A stretch of DNA of 63,593 nucleotides, the filler included, from Craspedostauros australis (taxonomy: Eukaryota), in NCBI GenBank assembly GCA_030167865.1. It is 15 parts of 15 records of this genome, joined end to end, with 100 filler letters (N's around TTAATTAATTAA, not from the genome) between each part and the next. Parts side by side here need not be neighbours in the genome. Positions count along the whole stretch, not along the records: positions 10,383 to 19,273 come from JALAGF010006514.1; positions 19,374 to 21,742 come from JALAGF010006516.1; positions 21,843 to 25,056 come from JALAGF010006517.1; 12 more parts are not named here. The stretch is one strand, 5' to 3'. The notes beneath the pieces were generated by a model that saw only the letters and a list, made by a program, of their open reading frames with translations, made no database searches and was not told the origin of the DNA. Below, piece after piece: positions 10,943-22,526 of this stretch (within the stretch, counting starts at the first letter, position 1; every line of letters starts with the position of its first letter). The position numbers and the translations under genes are program-made.

Positions 10943-11300
10943 GACCCCATTCAGGGTTCGCACGTACGCAAATGCGGATTTTTTATTTTATTATCTATAT
11001 CATCCTATTATATTGTAGAGATTATATGTGTGAAGTTACAAGCTCTTGGGCCCTGTAGTTAAAAAGTTTATATTTTTCGCATTAATCTATAACTAAAAAC
11101 GTTGAGCATGCGGACGCAGAGGGGCAACTTGGATTCGCAATCGCCAGTCGTGCTTCGGCTTGCTGTCCAGTCGTGCCCATCATCGACACACTAACATTTC
11201 GCGTGGGGAAGGCGGTCGGTTTCGATGAATTGTTGAGGATTGCGTGGTAGCGGTAGGCACGCTGAGGCTTCTGCTTCGTCTGGACCGTGGATCAGTTGTC
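10943..11300. mobile_element. Terminus of a dispersed DNA-transposon-like repeat (starts GACCCCATTCAGG)
   Basis: Collinear homolog at 40132-40491 (shared TAGTTAAAAAGTTTATATTTTTCGCATTAATCTA and CCAGTCGTGCTTC.GCTTGCTGTCCAGTCGTGCCC). Homology begins abruptly at GACCCC in both copies. Confidence 0.7.
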
Positions 11301-14300
11301 AAAATTCAGAGTTGTGGGTTGGTGGATAATCCAGATCTTGACCCCCAGCTTGACTGTCACACTGTCTTGTTCTCGGTTCTGTCGCCGTTTATGTCCCAGG
11401 ACGTTGAGCTTCGTCCCTGTCTCAATCAGCACACACTGACTTCCATCTACATGCCCAATCTATTCTGTGGCCTCATCCTTGCTTCAGGTCTATTCTCTGG
11501 TTGTTCCTTTCGACCTCCTCTCTGCTCGTCGTCGCCAACAGCCATCGTTGGCTTCTGGCCGTTGTTCAGCTGTTCTCCTATGAGCTTCTTATTTCGGTGT
11601 CGATCAGTTTATTCTTCCGAATTGAAGGCATTTTCGCGTGTTTTCCCATTTCTGGAGACGCATGATTTTCTTGGTCTCAACGTATTTCACGTTTTGGACC
11701 AGAACGAAGGCCTGACGTCATCATATTTTGATTCCAAATTTCTGATTTCTGATCTAACTTCGGTGAGAGGTGTTCTCCATGAAACTGTTTGAATTTTCAG
11801 TGACCAATCATTTCTTCTCGGTGACGCACAACATCGTCACGATAGATGGACAGACCTTGTATTTGGCAGCGAATACCTGTGGCGATTGGGATCTTGGTGC
11901 GAGAGAGTTCAACCCGTGATCCTGTTGTGTTGGGTGCAATCTCCCCAAGATCGCCAACCTCTACCACGCCCACACACCATGAGCTGCAATGACAACAACA
12001 ACAACGGCAACAATAATCTAACCACAAAAGCAGCTCCTTAACAATCCACGTTGCAACCGCCAATTGTCATGATTGGACATCGTGCAATGGCAGCCATCGA
12101 AAGCGCAACCGGCATCCATTTCTGAATTTGTCGTGGGGGGCAACACGTATCTCGCACACTCAAAATTTGTCACTCTGCCTGGGCAAGCTTTGACCGCGCA
12201 AGATGTTTGTGCTCCATGCACGTGCGCGACACTTGTGATGTTGACATCTGTCGAAGGCCCGCTTTCGATTCGCATTGTCCATGTCGCGTGCAATGATTGA
12301 TGCAAAAAAGGAGTCCATCCGGTCTAGGATCGTGACATGTTGGTGATTCCTTCAGTCTCTCTTGGGTCATTCATCCAAGGACTGTTGGATGAAGGAGCAG
12401 GCACGTGCCGCTGGGGATTGATCCGTGTTTGCAGATCGAGATGATGGCGTTCAAGTATCAGATCGGTGTTGCCCCCGGCATCTGGCCTAGCACAATTATT
12501 CATTTGGTTTGCATTCTTTCCATGCTTTGTGACCGATGGCGAAGGTATGAGCTTGACGACCGACTCGATTGTGGCCGACAATGATGACAGTGATAGAAGT
12601 GTTCAATGACATGAGAGTCACTGGATGGTCCAAGTATTGAGGGTTTGCACACAGCAGTATAGCATGATGCATACCATGCAACAGAGCTGAAGAACAACTC
12701 CAACGCAATACCCACCATGTGGTGTCAGAGTCTGAGCCACGAATGCAATGTTCCAATACACGCACAATGCCATCACCGCTGCACTTACCTGGTGTGGGGC
12801 ACCCCATCTTCTGCATGGTTTTCGCAATCTTCGCATCGATTCTTCTCCGATGTCGCCTTGCCCATGTGAACGACTGGCCCGAAGAAGTGGCATCTGCATG
12901 GTGTAACTGATCTCACAACCAGCGTACTCCACCAAAAATTGACCCCGCACAACAAGGTAGTGAGCAATCATCTCCCCTCTTCCAATATCTTTGCCTCAAT
13001 TAATTCCATTGCCAGGCGCACCCCCAAAACGAAGCCTTCATTGGTCACAATTTTGGCATATGCCAATTGGCTGCTGTCAGCATGGCCAGAGTAGGAAGGC
13101 ATATGATGGCCAAGGTCCAAGATCCAACTGTGTAGCAACCAACTTGCGTATGTCGATGCTGGATATTCTGGTGTACGCAGAACCTGGCAGGACTGTTCTC
13201 AAAGCTGTACCAAATGCTGATCGCCGGACTCACTGGCACACTGCCACCAGTGTGTGTGTGTAGAGGCATCATCTGTGCCCAGTCGCCAACAGCCAAACTC
13301 TCGCAACCTGGGAAGATTCCGCACAGATATACAAATGCAATGCATCGCTAGTCTCATGCATTGTCACCTCCTCAACATGCTTGTAGCCCATGTCAGAACA
13401 CACCTCACCTCTTCCACTTGTTCAATGCTGCCGTCATAGAGACCCCGGACGGCCAAAGCGCTCTTGTGGCATGCTTGTTGCTCGTTGCATGTAGCCGTTG
13501 CTGAGTTCCTGCAAAGTAATAGGACGGATTGACTGATGACGACTGTGAACCAAAAGAATGGATTCTGATGATGCAGAGGCCGTCAGCAATGAACCGCAAC
13601 CATGCTCATGACGTACCGTTTCACTGTCGCCATTGCCCTCGTCATGGCGCATTCGACATGTTCCATTCTCCAATGTTGCAGGTTGGGCACAAAGCCCAAT
13701 GTGCGGATTTGCACCAGCAATCTGGTCACCACCCATATTCGAATGAGCTCGGTTGTGATGTGCTTCCCTCAACTCTCGAGTCGTTTTGTATTGCATTTCT
13801 TTTGGCTGTGTGTCACCATGGTGGAATCCTGGCGCAATGGACATCGCAGCTGGTACTTGAGCTTTGTTCTACTGGTGAGGTGGGGTTGGAGTAGAATGGA
13901 GATGGAGGGATTCACAACAACCGCTTTGAAGATAGACGCGAATTCCAGTTGCGAATCTCGCCGTTTTTGCTTGTGGGATGACCAGTCAATAGTGAGAGCC
14001 TCCATTTTGGTTTGGTGCACTTACATCAACTGCCTTGGCCCCATGTGCCCATCTGCATCCTTGGGGGCATCGTCTTTGCTTTCTTTGTGGGTTACTGCCT
14101 GTGCTTTCCTTGTCCCCACTTCCCTCTTCCACCTTCTTTGCAATCTTTGCTTTCAGCTCCTCCATAGGCTGTTCTGAATTTTGGAGGTCAATGAAGGTGT
14201 TCAGATGATCTTGTGCATGTGTGTGGATGGTTTTGCTCTACTCGTGAACGCATCCTGAGATGACCTGTCTGGATCCTTCAAGATGGTATGTAACGTTTTT

Positions 14301-14430
14301 GGAATTCCCTCCGCGTTGATTGTTGTTGCTGAGCCAAGGCTGATTCATCCAAAAGAAGAAATATTTCAAAGAGGATAGGCTTGTTGGGTTTGGTGTTTTG
14401 GAGATGATGCTGGACAAGGGGCAGTGGAGA

Positions 14431-15221
14431 TGTTGGCAAGTTCTGCTCACGGTAACCTACGATCGTGGAAGATGGTGTTGGTTGATAGTCGTCTGTTTGC
14501 TATTTCATTACTTGGCTACTCCGATGCTCTCGGTGTACGCCCGTTCTCTTGCCCGATGCTCTCGGTGATTCGATCTGTTTCGTAGATTCAGTCTCCGACT
14601 ATGAGTCGGTACGCGAGATTCTCTCGCTCCTCTCTGTATTCTCTCTCTCTCTCTCTCTCTCTCTCTACATCGTGTGCTCGTGCCACACGATACTCCGTGC
14701 TCGATGCATACTCCGCATTCGACACTCCGTTTGTTCAGTACTGGTTCCTATTCCATGAGTACTTACCATTTGAAGTTCACCTTCAGTATCCATGATCTTC
14801 ATGGGTCATCGGATCTTTGCCTCCTGCTCTGACTTNNNNNNNNNNNNNNNNNNNNNNNNNNNNNNNNNNNNNNNNNNNNNNNNNNNNNNNNNNNNNNNNN
14901 NNNNNNNNNNNNNNNNNNNNNNNNNNNNNNNNNNNNNNNNNNNNNNNNNNNNNNNNNNNNNNNNNNNNNNNNNNNNNNNNNNNNNNNNNNNNNNNNNNNN
15001 NNNNNNNNNNNNNNNNNNNNNNNNNNNNNNNNNNNNNNNNNNNNNNNTCCAGAAATCTTGCCCCTTTTCGTGTGTTCCGTTTCCCCTGTAATTCTGACGA
15101 ATCACAGTATACTATTGACACGAATGTAGTTGTACCGTCCAAGTGCGTATGAGAGAATGACGGGTGAACGATGCACATATACACGTACATCTCGACATAT
15201 ACTCACATGTACATCTCGACA
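14431..15221. mobile_element. Solo LTR, family A (opposite orientation to 6135-6936), perfect 6-bp TSD TGGAGA
   Basis: TGGAGA|TGTTGGCAAG...CATCTCGACA|TGGAGA (TSD at 14425-14430 and 15222-15227). Internal N gap. Confidence 0.9.
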
Positions 15222-16056
15222 TGGAGAGAGGATTTGAACTCATCTTCCATGCTGTGACCATTGAGGTTGGGATCAGCAGGGAAGATGTGAGCTGATGCAT
15301 CCTGGCAGTATGGGTGGAAGACGGCATGGCCAGGGGTATGTGTGAAACGGAATGGCACTGTCCCTAATAGTTTATCATCGTGCACCTGGAATGGAAAGTT
15401 GTTGTGCGGGTCGCCATTGGAGGCAATCAACTCCTTGGCGGCAATGGGCATCTGTATTTCGTTCCCTGCACGACCTCATGCTATAATGCTACCAACAGAT
15501 ACCAAGAGCATTGCGAACAGTGTTGGCGTTTTAATTGCCCATGGACCAATTTCAGAGGTCGTACATGGGGGAGCATCCAATTTGCAGTGAGATCTTGACA
15601 CGGTCGCAAGTTCGCAGCCACCTTGGTTGCGGAGTCTGGGACCCAGTGCGCTCAAAGGTCGCCAACTTGTTGTTGCAAGGCGGCTCAAAGCCATTTCAAT
15701 CGGCACTCCTTCCTTGCAGCTGTTGGAACCTTGATGACATTGTTGGTTGCAGGAGTATCAAACCTTGTTTTGGCACTTGGTGTCCTGGGTGTGCATTGTG
15801 CATGGTCCCTGGCCACTGCCGCAATACTGGTGGCAGGATGAAGAGGTGCAGCTGCAAGGAATCATGCACACTGCCTCCTGCCTCCTCTTCTTGTTCCCGT
15901 TCCGCTGCTGCTGGAGTTGTCATGCCCTCTGTTGCGGATTGAATCGGTACTGCTGATCCTGATGTAATCGAGGATCCTGGTGCTGCCAAAGATATCGGGA
16001 TTTGTACCAGTCAAGGCGCACAGTTCATGCGGGAACCATGTGGCACTGAAGACCAC

Positions 16057-16275
16057 TCTATCAGCACAAAACTGAATAGTGCTAAGTACGTTACTCCCGT
16101 AGCCCCCACTATCTATAAATTTCACTTGTGTTCGGTTCAGCAATCGCATCACCTGTAGCTCAACGGTAGAGCACCAGTAATTCTTACTGAGGTTCCGGGT
16201 TCGAATCCCAGCATGGTACTTTGCTTTTGCTCTCCCCTTGTGATTTTTACGATAGTGCTCTAATACACTCCAACA
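16057..16275 (+). mobile_element. Short LTR-like element (family T) carrying a tRNA-like cassette
   Basis: T(C)TATCAGCAC...CTCCAACA; the other two copies give TGTATCAGCAC for this end. Inserted in the decayed gene. Confidence 0.8.
16149..16219 (+). tRNA. tRNA-like (pseudo-tRNA, TTC at the anticodon position) inside family T element
   Basis: A box TAGCTCAACGG 16156-16166, D stem GCTC/GAGC, stem CAGT/ACTG around AATTCTT, B box GGTTCGAATCC 16198-16208. Upstream TATAAA 16114 and CAA 16141; downstream TTTT 16225. Confidence 0.72.
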
Positions 16276-19200
16276 CCCAACTGACCGCAGGGGTCATGGT
16301 TGGATGTGCTGTACCCCAGACTTTGCCTGATGAAAGAGACCATGAGAATCAAAGCTGATCATGCTAGACCTTGTGGAATGGCATGCAGTGCCTGGAAGCA
16401 GCAAATGGCAACTCTTGCAGCTGCGGTTGCCAACAAGGCAATCCATAAATGGAAGGGGGCCTTCCAATGAGTTGAGAGAGTATGCAATCTTGACTTGTTG
16501 TCATTGGCGTACCAACTGGAGGACAATGCTTCTACTACTGTGGCTGGTGCTTTGGTTGATGCATCATCCTTGATCTTGGTGATGATAGTGATAGGTGTGA
16601 TTGATCCACAGGTCATCAATGTGTGGAGCAGGAAAGGGCGCTGATCAATGATGGTGGAAATGTTGGCGCTGTTGCAGTTTCCAGTGTTTCCGACTTGAAC
16701 CACAGAACTGGCATGTTGTGTTTGATCAGATTGATTTGCAATGCAGATGGTGCAGCCCCAGGAGTGGCAGAGGCGGTGGCAGAGGCGTCTACTGGAAGTG
16801 GTCTATTGGTGCGCAGCTGGCATTTGCCTGGCACATTGTGTACAATTGGAAGCTGCTGCACACTGCATGAGGTTTCCTGTACATATGGTGCAGTTGACTG
16901 GAATGAATTGATCGAAAGGGCTGGAGCAGTGCCTCCACGATTGGCAGTGAGTATCGGCTGGGTCCACATAACTAATGTGTTGTCCATCAATGACTCCTCC
17001 ATGTTGATACCTCTGGAATTGCTTCGAACTCATCCTGCAGGTGGTACGTTCACCAAGAATGAGACTCTGACAAGAGGCACCCTTTGAATCCGGTATCCAC
17101 ACTGTGTGCCCAGTCCTGTGGTGGTGCATTGTTGTACTCATATTCTGACATGATGTCGCACTTTCTGTTGGTGGATTGGTTGTGTCTGGTTGACCACCTG
17201 ACGCACGATGTTGCTGTGGCCATTCTCCTTCTCCCTTTTAACTTTGGCACACAATGTAGTTTTTGTTTGCCAGTTGGGTATTGTTGTTGTTGTTGTTGTT
17301 GTGGGATGTAGATTGATGTCTACATGTTATCTTCTACCTGTGTTGTGTTGCTCCCAAGTAGAGGTATGCATGCAACACAGATATGTGGTCGGCTCCCAAT
17401 GAATTCGCATAGGAGCGGTGATGTTGTAGTAGGGGACAGACTCTGCACTGGGCCCTTTGCTTGTTGCTTTCCAATTGCTTCTTTTTTCACTTGGAAGTAT
17501 CCGGACTTGCGCCATCCACACGAACTTGGCCAGTGGAGTGGATGGCAATCAATTCTCATGCCTGTTGCTTGCTTTGGCATCCGTCTTCTCTCGCAAATTG
17601 CATGCCACAGAAATGAAGCAAGTCATGCGTTCTATGCCCACATATCTGCAGTGTATACACTGTGGACAGAACCAGCATTGATGATGTCCTCATCTTCACT
17701 GGTGGGCTCCTTTGCTGTATTCATCCATGCTTGTCCAAACTGATGGACTGTGAATTGAACTGCTGGTGACAACGGGTTGGCTGTGCGTGGGTGAGTACTT
17801 GATGTATGCTCGCTTGCAGCATGTTGGTCATGCGCCTCTCTGTGAGTTGGAAGACAAGCTAAATGGAAAATGCTTCATGTCTTCTGTTGACATCAATTGT
17901 TCAACATCCAGGAACTCTCTCCAGTTTTGTACAGACTGCACAAAAGGGTGCATGGTTGATGTCTTGGTGTGTGCTCCATGACAGGAGTAGACAAGACAAT
18001 GCCACTACTTCTGCAGTTCAATCCTCTTGGTTCTTCTCCAGCAACTTCTGCTGTTCTGTGTCCATGAATATTCCCATGGCATTGGTGGTGGTAGGCTTTG
18101 GATATCCCTGGCATGACAGTCATGTCATCTCTTGTGGCCACCTGCTTGCCTGCTGATGGATCGATGAACAACTCCATCCGTTCATGTGACATGCAAGTCC
18201 ACAGGGGATGCTGTGCAAAGTGTGGACCCAATCTGGTGGAAGTATGATGGATTCGTACATGTGTGGGAGAGGAAAATTGCTGAGGGGTGTGCCTATAGAC
18301 AGATCATCCTCCAAGAATATGCTACGCTCAGCAACAACATTGTAATACATTCGGGGTGCACGCCAGTAGAGCACTTTAGTCTGTGCATGGATAAGTTGGT
18401 GGATGGATGGGCAAGCCCATGGTGCTAATGCTGGAGTAGTTTGCATTCCATGTCAAAGGTAATGATTGCAACAGTCGAGCAAAACTGTCGCACTCAACGC
18501 ACCCACCCCACAGATCAACAGATTCAGGAAAGGTCCAGCCGACCACCCGATGCGACCGTGGCAGCAAAAAACTGTTGCGACGAGTGGCAGTCCGCCTTCG
18601 ACTTTGCCCCCATGCAAAAGTAGGTACGAAACTCTCTTTGGCTGATCTTCACCACCACTGGTTGTCCGATTCTCAGCAGAATGGTTCGACAGCAGAGGCC
18701 GTTCTCGTGTCGTTTGTCTCTGTTCGATCCCTCAAATCGACAAATTCAATGTCTGTCCCACAACCAGGATCGGAAGGACCAAAACGTGCTCTGACGCCAC
18801 ATCGACCAAAAGGAACCAACAGAAAGGAAGAAATGTGGTCATTTGGTGTTTTCTTCCAGCCGAAATCGTGTTGCGATTTGCACAATGATGGCTGCCGCAA
18901 CAGGAAAGGTAAAAATGAACCCGCAAGCGCACGAATCGCAAAACGAGAAACAACAAGAGAAACAACGCGACCGCCATCAGTCAGCAAGGGGAGAAAAGCA
19001 GGTTGTGCAGGACTTTGTATTGACAAACTAAGCTTAGATTAAAGAGTAAAATATGTTGCATACCACAGGATAAGTCACTGTGCTCCATTACATTATATAA
19101 TACTGTGTTGTGTGGTATACGCAAGTGTTGCTGTTGCTGTTGCCGTGAACGTGGACGTGTCGGGAAGCCGCCACCAACGCTGCGCTGCTTGACACAACAC

Positions 19201-19373
19201 GCAAAAACGTGGAAACACCCAAATGGGCCAAATGACCAACAACGCGAGGAATCAACGCAACACCGAATCTGCCNNNNNNNNNNNNNNNNNNNNNNNNNNN
19301 NNNNNNNNNNNNNNNNNTTAATTAATTAANNNNNNNNNNNNNNNNNNNNNNNNNNNNNNNNNNNNNNNNNNNN

Positions 19374-19458
19374 GCTGATCCGAACACAAGTGAAATTTAT
19401 AGATAGTGGGGGCTACGGGAGTAACGTACTTAGCACTATTCAGTTTTGTGCTGATACA
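19374..19458 (-). mobile_element. Partial family T element (scaffold edge)
   Basis: Near-identical to 7126-7210, ending GTGCTGATACA. Confidence 0.8.
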
Positions 19459-19861
19459 GGCCGTCTCACACTTCGTGACATTGGCCTTCCTCCAGTACTC
19501 TTTTCTCATTGGTTGCGACATGGGGGCTGTAGTCGCTTGTATCGTGATGTTGGTCACGATTCCAACATCCCCGCCCCCTGCGACATACACGTGTGATTGG
19601 CATTCCTGCATTGAGGTCACGGACACCATAGTCCGGTTCGCATTCGGCACGTGTCGTTCTCCATCACAAAACACGTGCAGCTCACATTTTCCTGTCACAA
19701 AGATCCACAGGTGAGAGTTGCGGTAATGTATCATATCATGACATTCGACTCCTGACCCTTGACTTATTGGGAGGTGCGGTAATGTAGCATTCCACAATGC
19801 TCAACTCCACACTCTTGGGAGGTGCGGCAATTCGGTGTTTCACAACACCCGATTCCTGACA
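19459..19861. mobile_element. Partial LTR-like repeat, family B
   Basis: Homologous to 22181-22526. Both copies end CACCCGATTCCTGACA and then diverge. Confidence 0.7.
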
Positions 19862-19910
19862 AACACCATCTTCCACGATCGTAGGTTACCGTGAGCGGAA
19901 CTTGCCAACA
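19862..19910. mobile_element. Terminal 49 bp of LTR family A
   Basis: AACACCATCTTCCACGATCGTAGGTTACCGTGAGCGGAACTTGCCAACA matches the reverse complement of 14431-14479. Confidence 0.85.
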
Positions 19911-21400
19911 ATTCCGCGCCAGACTCGTGGCATGCGGATACTCGCAAATCTCAGGAGTCGACTTCTCAGCGCACCACGCACCGGTGATACATGACGCAAC
20001 CTACCGCATCATGCTCACCATGAAGATGATATTGAAGCTAGATAGCATCATCGTCGACTTCGAGACAGCATTTCTGCACGGTGACCTCGACGAGGAGATC
20101 TACATGCAATGCCCGAAAGGCATGAAGCACGAAACCGACGAATGTCTGCTGCTCAAGAAAACCATCTACGGACTCGTGCAGAGTGCCAGACAATGGAATA
20201 AGAAGCTTGTCGACATCCTATTCAAACTGGGGTTCAGGCAGAGTGAGGTAGACCCATGCCTACTGATTCGGAATCAGGAAGGGCAACTGCTTTTAATCGG
20301 CACCTATGTGGACGATTGTCTCTGCATTGGAGAAAAGCAGGAACTGGAGAAGCTTGTGAAGGATATCCGAGCGGAACGGTTTGGGGTCAAAGTGGAGGAA
20401 GATCTTGAAGACTACCTAAGCTGCAAGATCATATTCAACNNNNNNNNNNNNNNNNNNNNNNNNNNNNNNNNNNNNNNNNNNNNNNNNNNGAAGCACGAAA
20501 CCGACGAATGTCTGCTGCTCAAGAAAACCATCTACGGACTCGTGCAGAGTGCCAGACAATGGAATAAGAAGCTTGTCGACATCCTATTCAAACTGGGGTT
20601 CAGGCAGAGTGAGGTAGACCCATGCCTACTGATTCGGAATCAGGAAGGGCAACTGCTTTTNNNGAATCAGGAAGGGCAACTGCTTTTAATCGGCACCTAT
20701 GTGGACGATTGTCTCTGCATTGGAGAAAAGCAGGAACTGGAGAAGCTTGTGAAGGATATCCGAGCGGAACGGTTTGGGGTCAAAGTGGAGGAAGATCTTG
20801 AAGACTACCTAAGCTGCAAGATCATATTCAACCATGACAAGACAAACTGTTGGGTGAACCAACCACACATCCTCAAGAACATCATCGATACGTTTGGGAG
20901 CGATGTGCTGAAACTACAACGATACGGAACACCAAGAACACCAGGGCAGGGCATCCAAAGGAACAGCGATGCACCCAAGGTGGACGAACAGCGACACAGC
21001 AGATACCGAAGTGGAGTAGGCATGCTGCTATACCTGGTGAAACACTCTCGACCTGTCATCGCCAACGCAGTGCGAGAACTGACCAAGGTGTTGGACGGAC
21101 CAACAGCCGCAGCATACAAGGAAATGCTACAGGTCATGAAGTTCGTATGGGACACGAGAGAGTATGGACTGAAGATGAAACCAAGTCCACTGACTAACGA
21201 TGCATGGAAGATTGCAATATTCACCGACAGCGAATTCGCGGGTGACAAGGACAATCGCATCAGCGTAGGAGGGCACATCGTCCTTCTACAAGGAGTGCCG
21301 ATCATATGGAGATCAAAGGCACAACGCAGCGTAACACTCAGCTCAACAGAAGCAGAGTACGTCGCACTGTCAGAAGCAGGGAAAGAAATCCGCTTTATTA
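19911..21400 (+). mobile_element. Ty1/copia RT-RNase H fragment
   Basis: RARLVACGYSQ, DFETAFLHG, KTIYGLVQSA, YVDD, TDSEFAGD, LSSTEAEYVA. Internal duplications lie around the N gaps. Truncated at both ends by other sequence. Confidence 0.93.
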
Positions 21401-21842
21401 GCGCACGCTAAATCTCTAACAATAGCGACACCCGTCGACCAATCAGAAATCTCCACTTTTCTTACCTTTTCCGTTCCGAANGGAAATTTTGGTCGAAAAT
21501 CCGTTGTGTCAGATTTGTGTCGCATTTCGCGTCGCAAGAATCNTTTTCCCTCAATCACAGATCCAAAAATGTCGTGGAAATTGATTTCTTGCCAAGATGA
21601 GCCAATCTGCCCAATCAGGACAGACTTGGATCTTGGGTGTGACACGTGCGAATCTTGACCTGACCTTCTCAAGTGAATACGATCAATCGTGTGATCGTAC
21701 TACTAGCAACATCGTGAGAAGACGTAATTTACAACACGGGCTNNNNNNNNNNNNNNNNNNNNNNNNNNNNNNNNNNNNNNNNNNNNTTAATTAATTAANN
21801 NNNNNNNNNNNNNNNNNNNNNNNNNNNNNNNNNNNNNNNNNN

Positions 21843-22526
21843 CAGGCATCCATCTTGCATTCATCGCAAATTCATCATAGACATGCATGCACCACCGAGT
21901 ACCCCATGTTCGTGCACATTAGCACGGTGTCCTTCGCTGATAGTTTCCATGCCGTAGACATCAACCAGTCGTAGGCATGACACAGATCGGCTCAATCGAT
22001 CAGATCACGACATCTCATGTGTTGCGGGAACGCCTTGGTTGGGAGTTCGTTCAGCTCCTCAACCATCTCACATCTCCGATCATCTTCACATCTCCGATCG
22101 ACTCCGATCGTTTCTCTCTGTTTCTTCGCCGATCACTTCACCGGCTTCCTGGAGGTTCCTCATACCAGGTTCGTTCACAAGCCATCTCACACTTCGTGAT
22201 GTTTGCGTTCTCCCAGTACTCTTTTCTTATTGGTTGCGACATGGGGGCCGTAGTCGCTCGAATCGTGATGTTGGTCACGATTCCAACATCTCCGCCCCCT
22301 GCGACATGCACATGTGATTGGCATTCCTGCATTGGAGTCATGAACGCCAAAGTACGGTTCGCATTCGGCACNTGTCATTCTCCACCGCATGAACCGTGCA
22401 GCTCACATTTTCTGTGTCACAATGATCAAACGTGGGAGTTGCGGTAATGTAGAATATCCCGACGTTTGGTTCCTTACTCTTGGGAGGTGCGGCAATATGG
22501 TGTTTCAGAACACCCGATTCCTGACA
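21843..22526. mobile_element. LTR-like repeat, family B (left end in gap)
   Basis: Homolog of 19459-19861, ends ...GATTCCTGACA. Extent left of 22180 is inferred. Confidence 0.6.

Larger units (their letters stand above)
12000..18700 (-). pseudogene. Long decayed gene, possibly a chromatin protein with SET-like (and weak PHD-like) motifs, interrupted by two retroelement insertions
   Basis: Protein-like minus frames broken by many TGA stops. GNGIN*GKDIGRGEMIAHY..RGQFLVEYAG lies at ~12918-13013. The frame is restored across the solo LTR at 14431-15221. Boundaries approximate. Confidence 0.4.

Noticed and set aside
16149..16219. Functional tRNA-Glu(TTC) gene
   Set aside because: The anticodon loop begins AA (no U33), the acceptor stem is bulged, and the copies lie within a dispersed repeat. 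Treated as tRNA-like only.
20123..20832. Tandem domain duplications beside N gaps (also 1431/1951, 24402/24532, 26460/27091, 29835/29955, 41646/41846, 59150/59690, 62032/62618)
   Set aside because: The pattern of near-identical sequence on both sides of short gaps indicates unmerged overlaps, haplotypes or collapsed paralogs.
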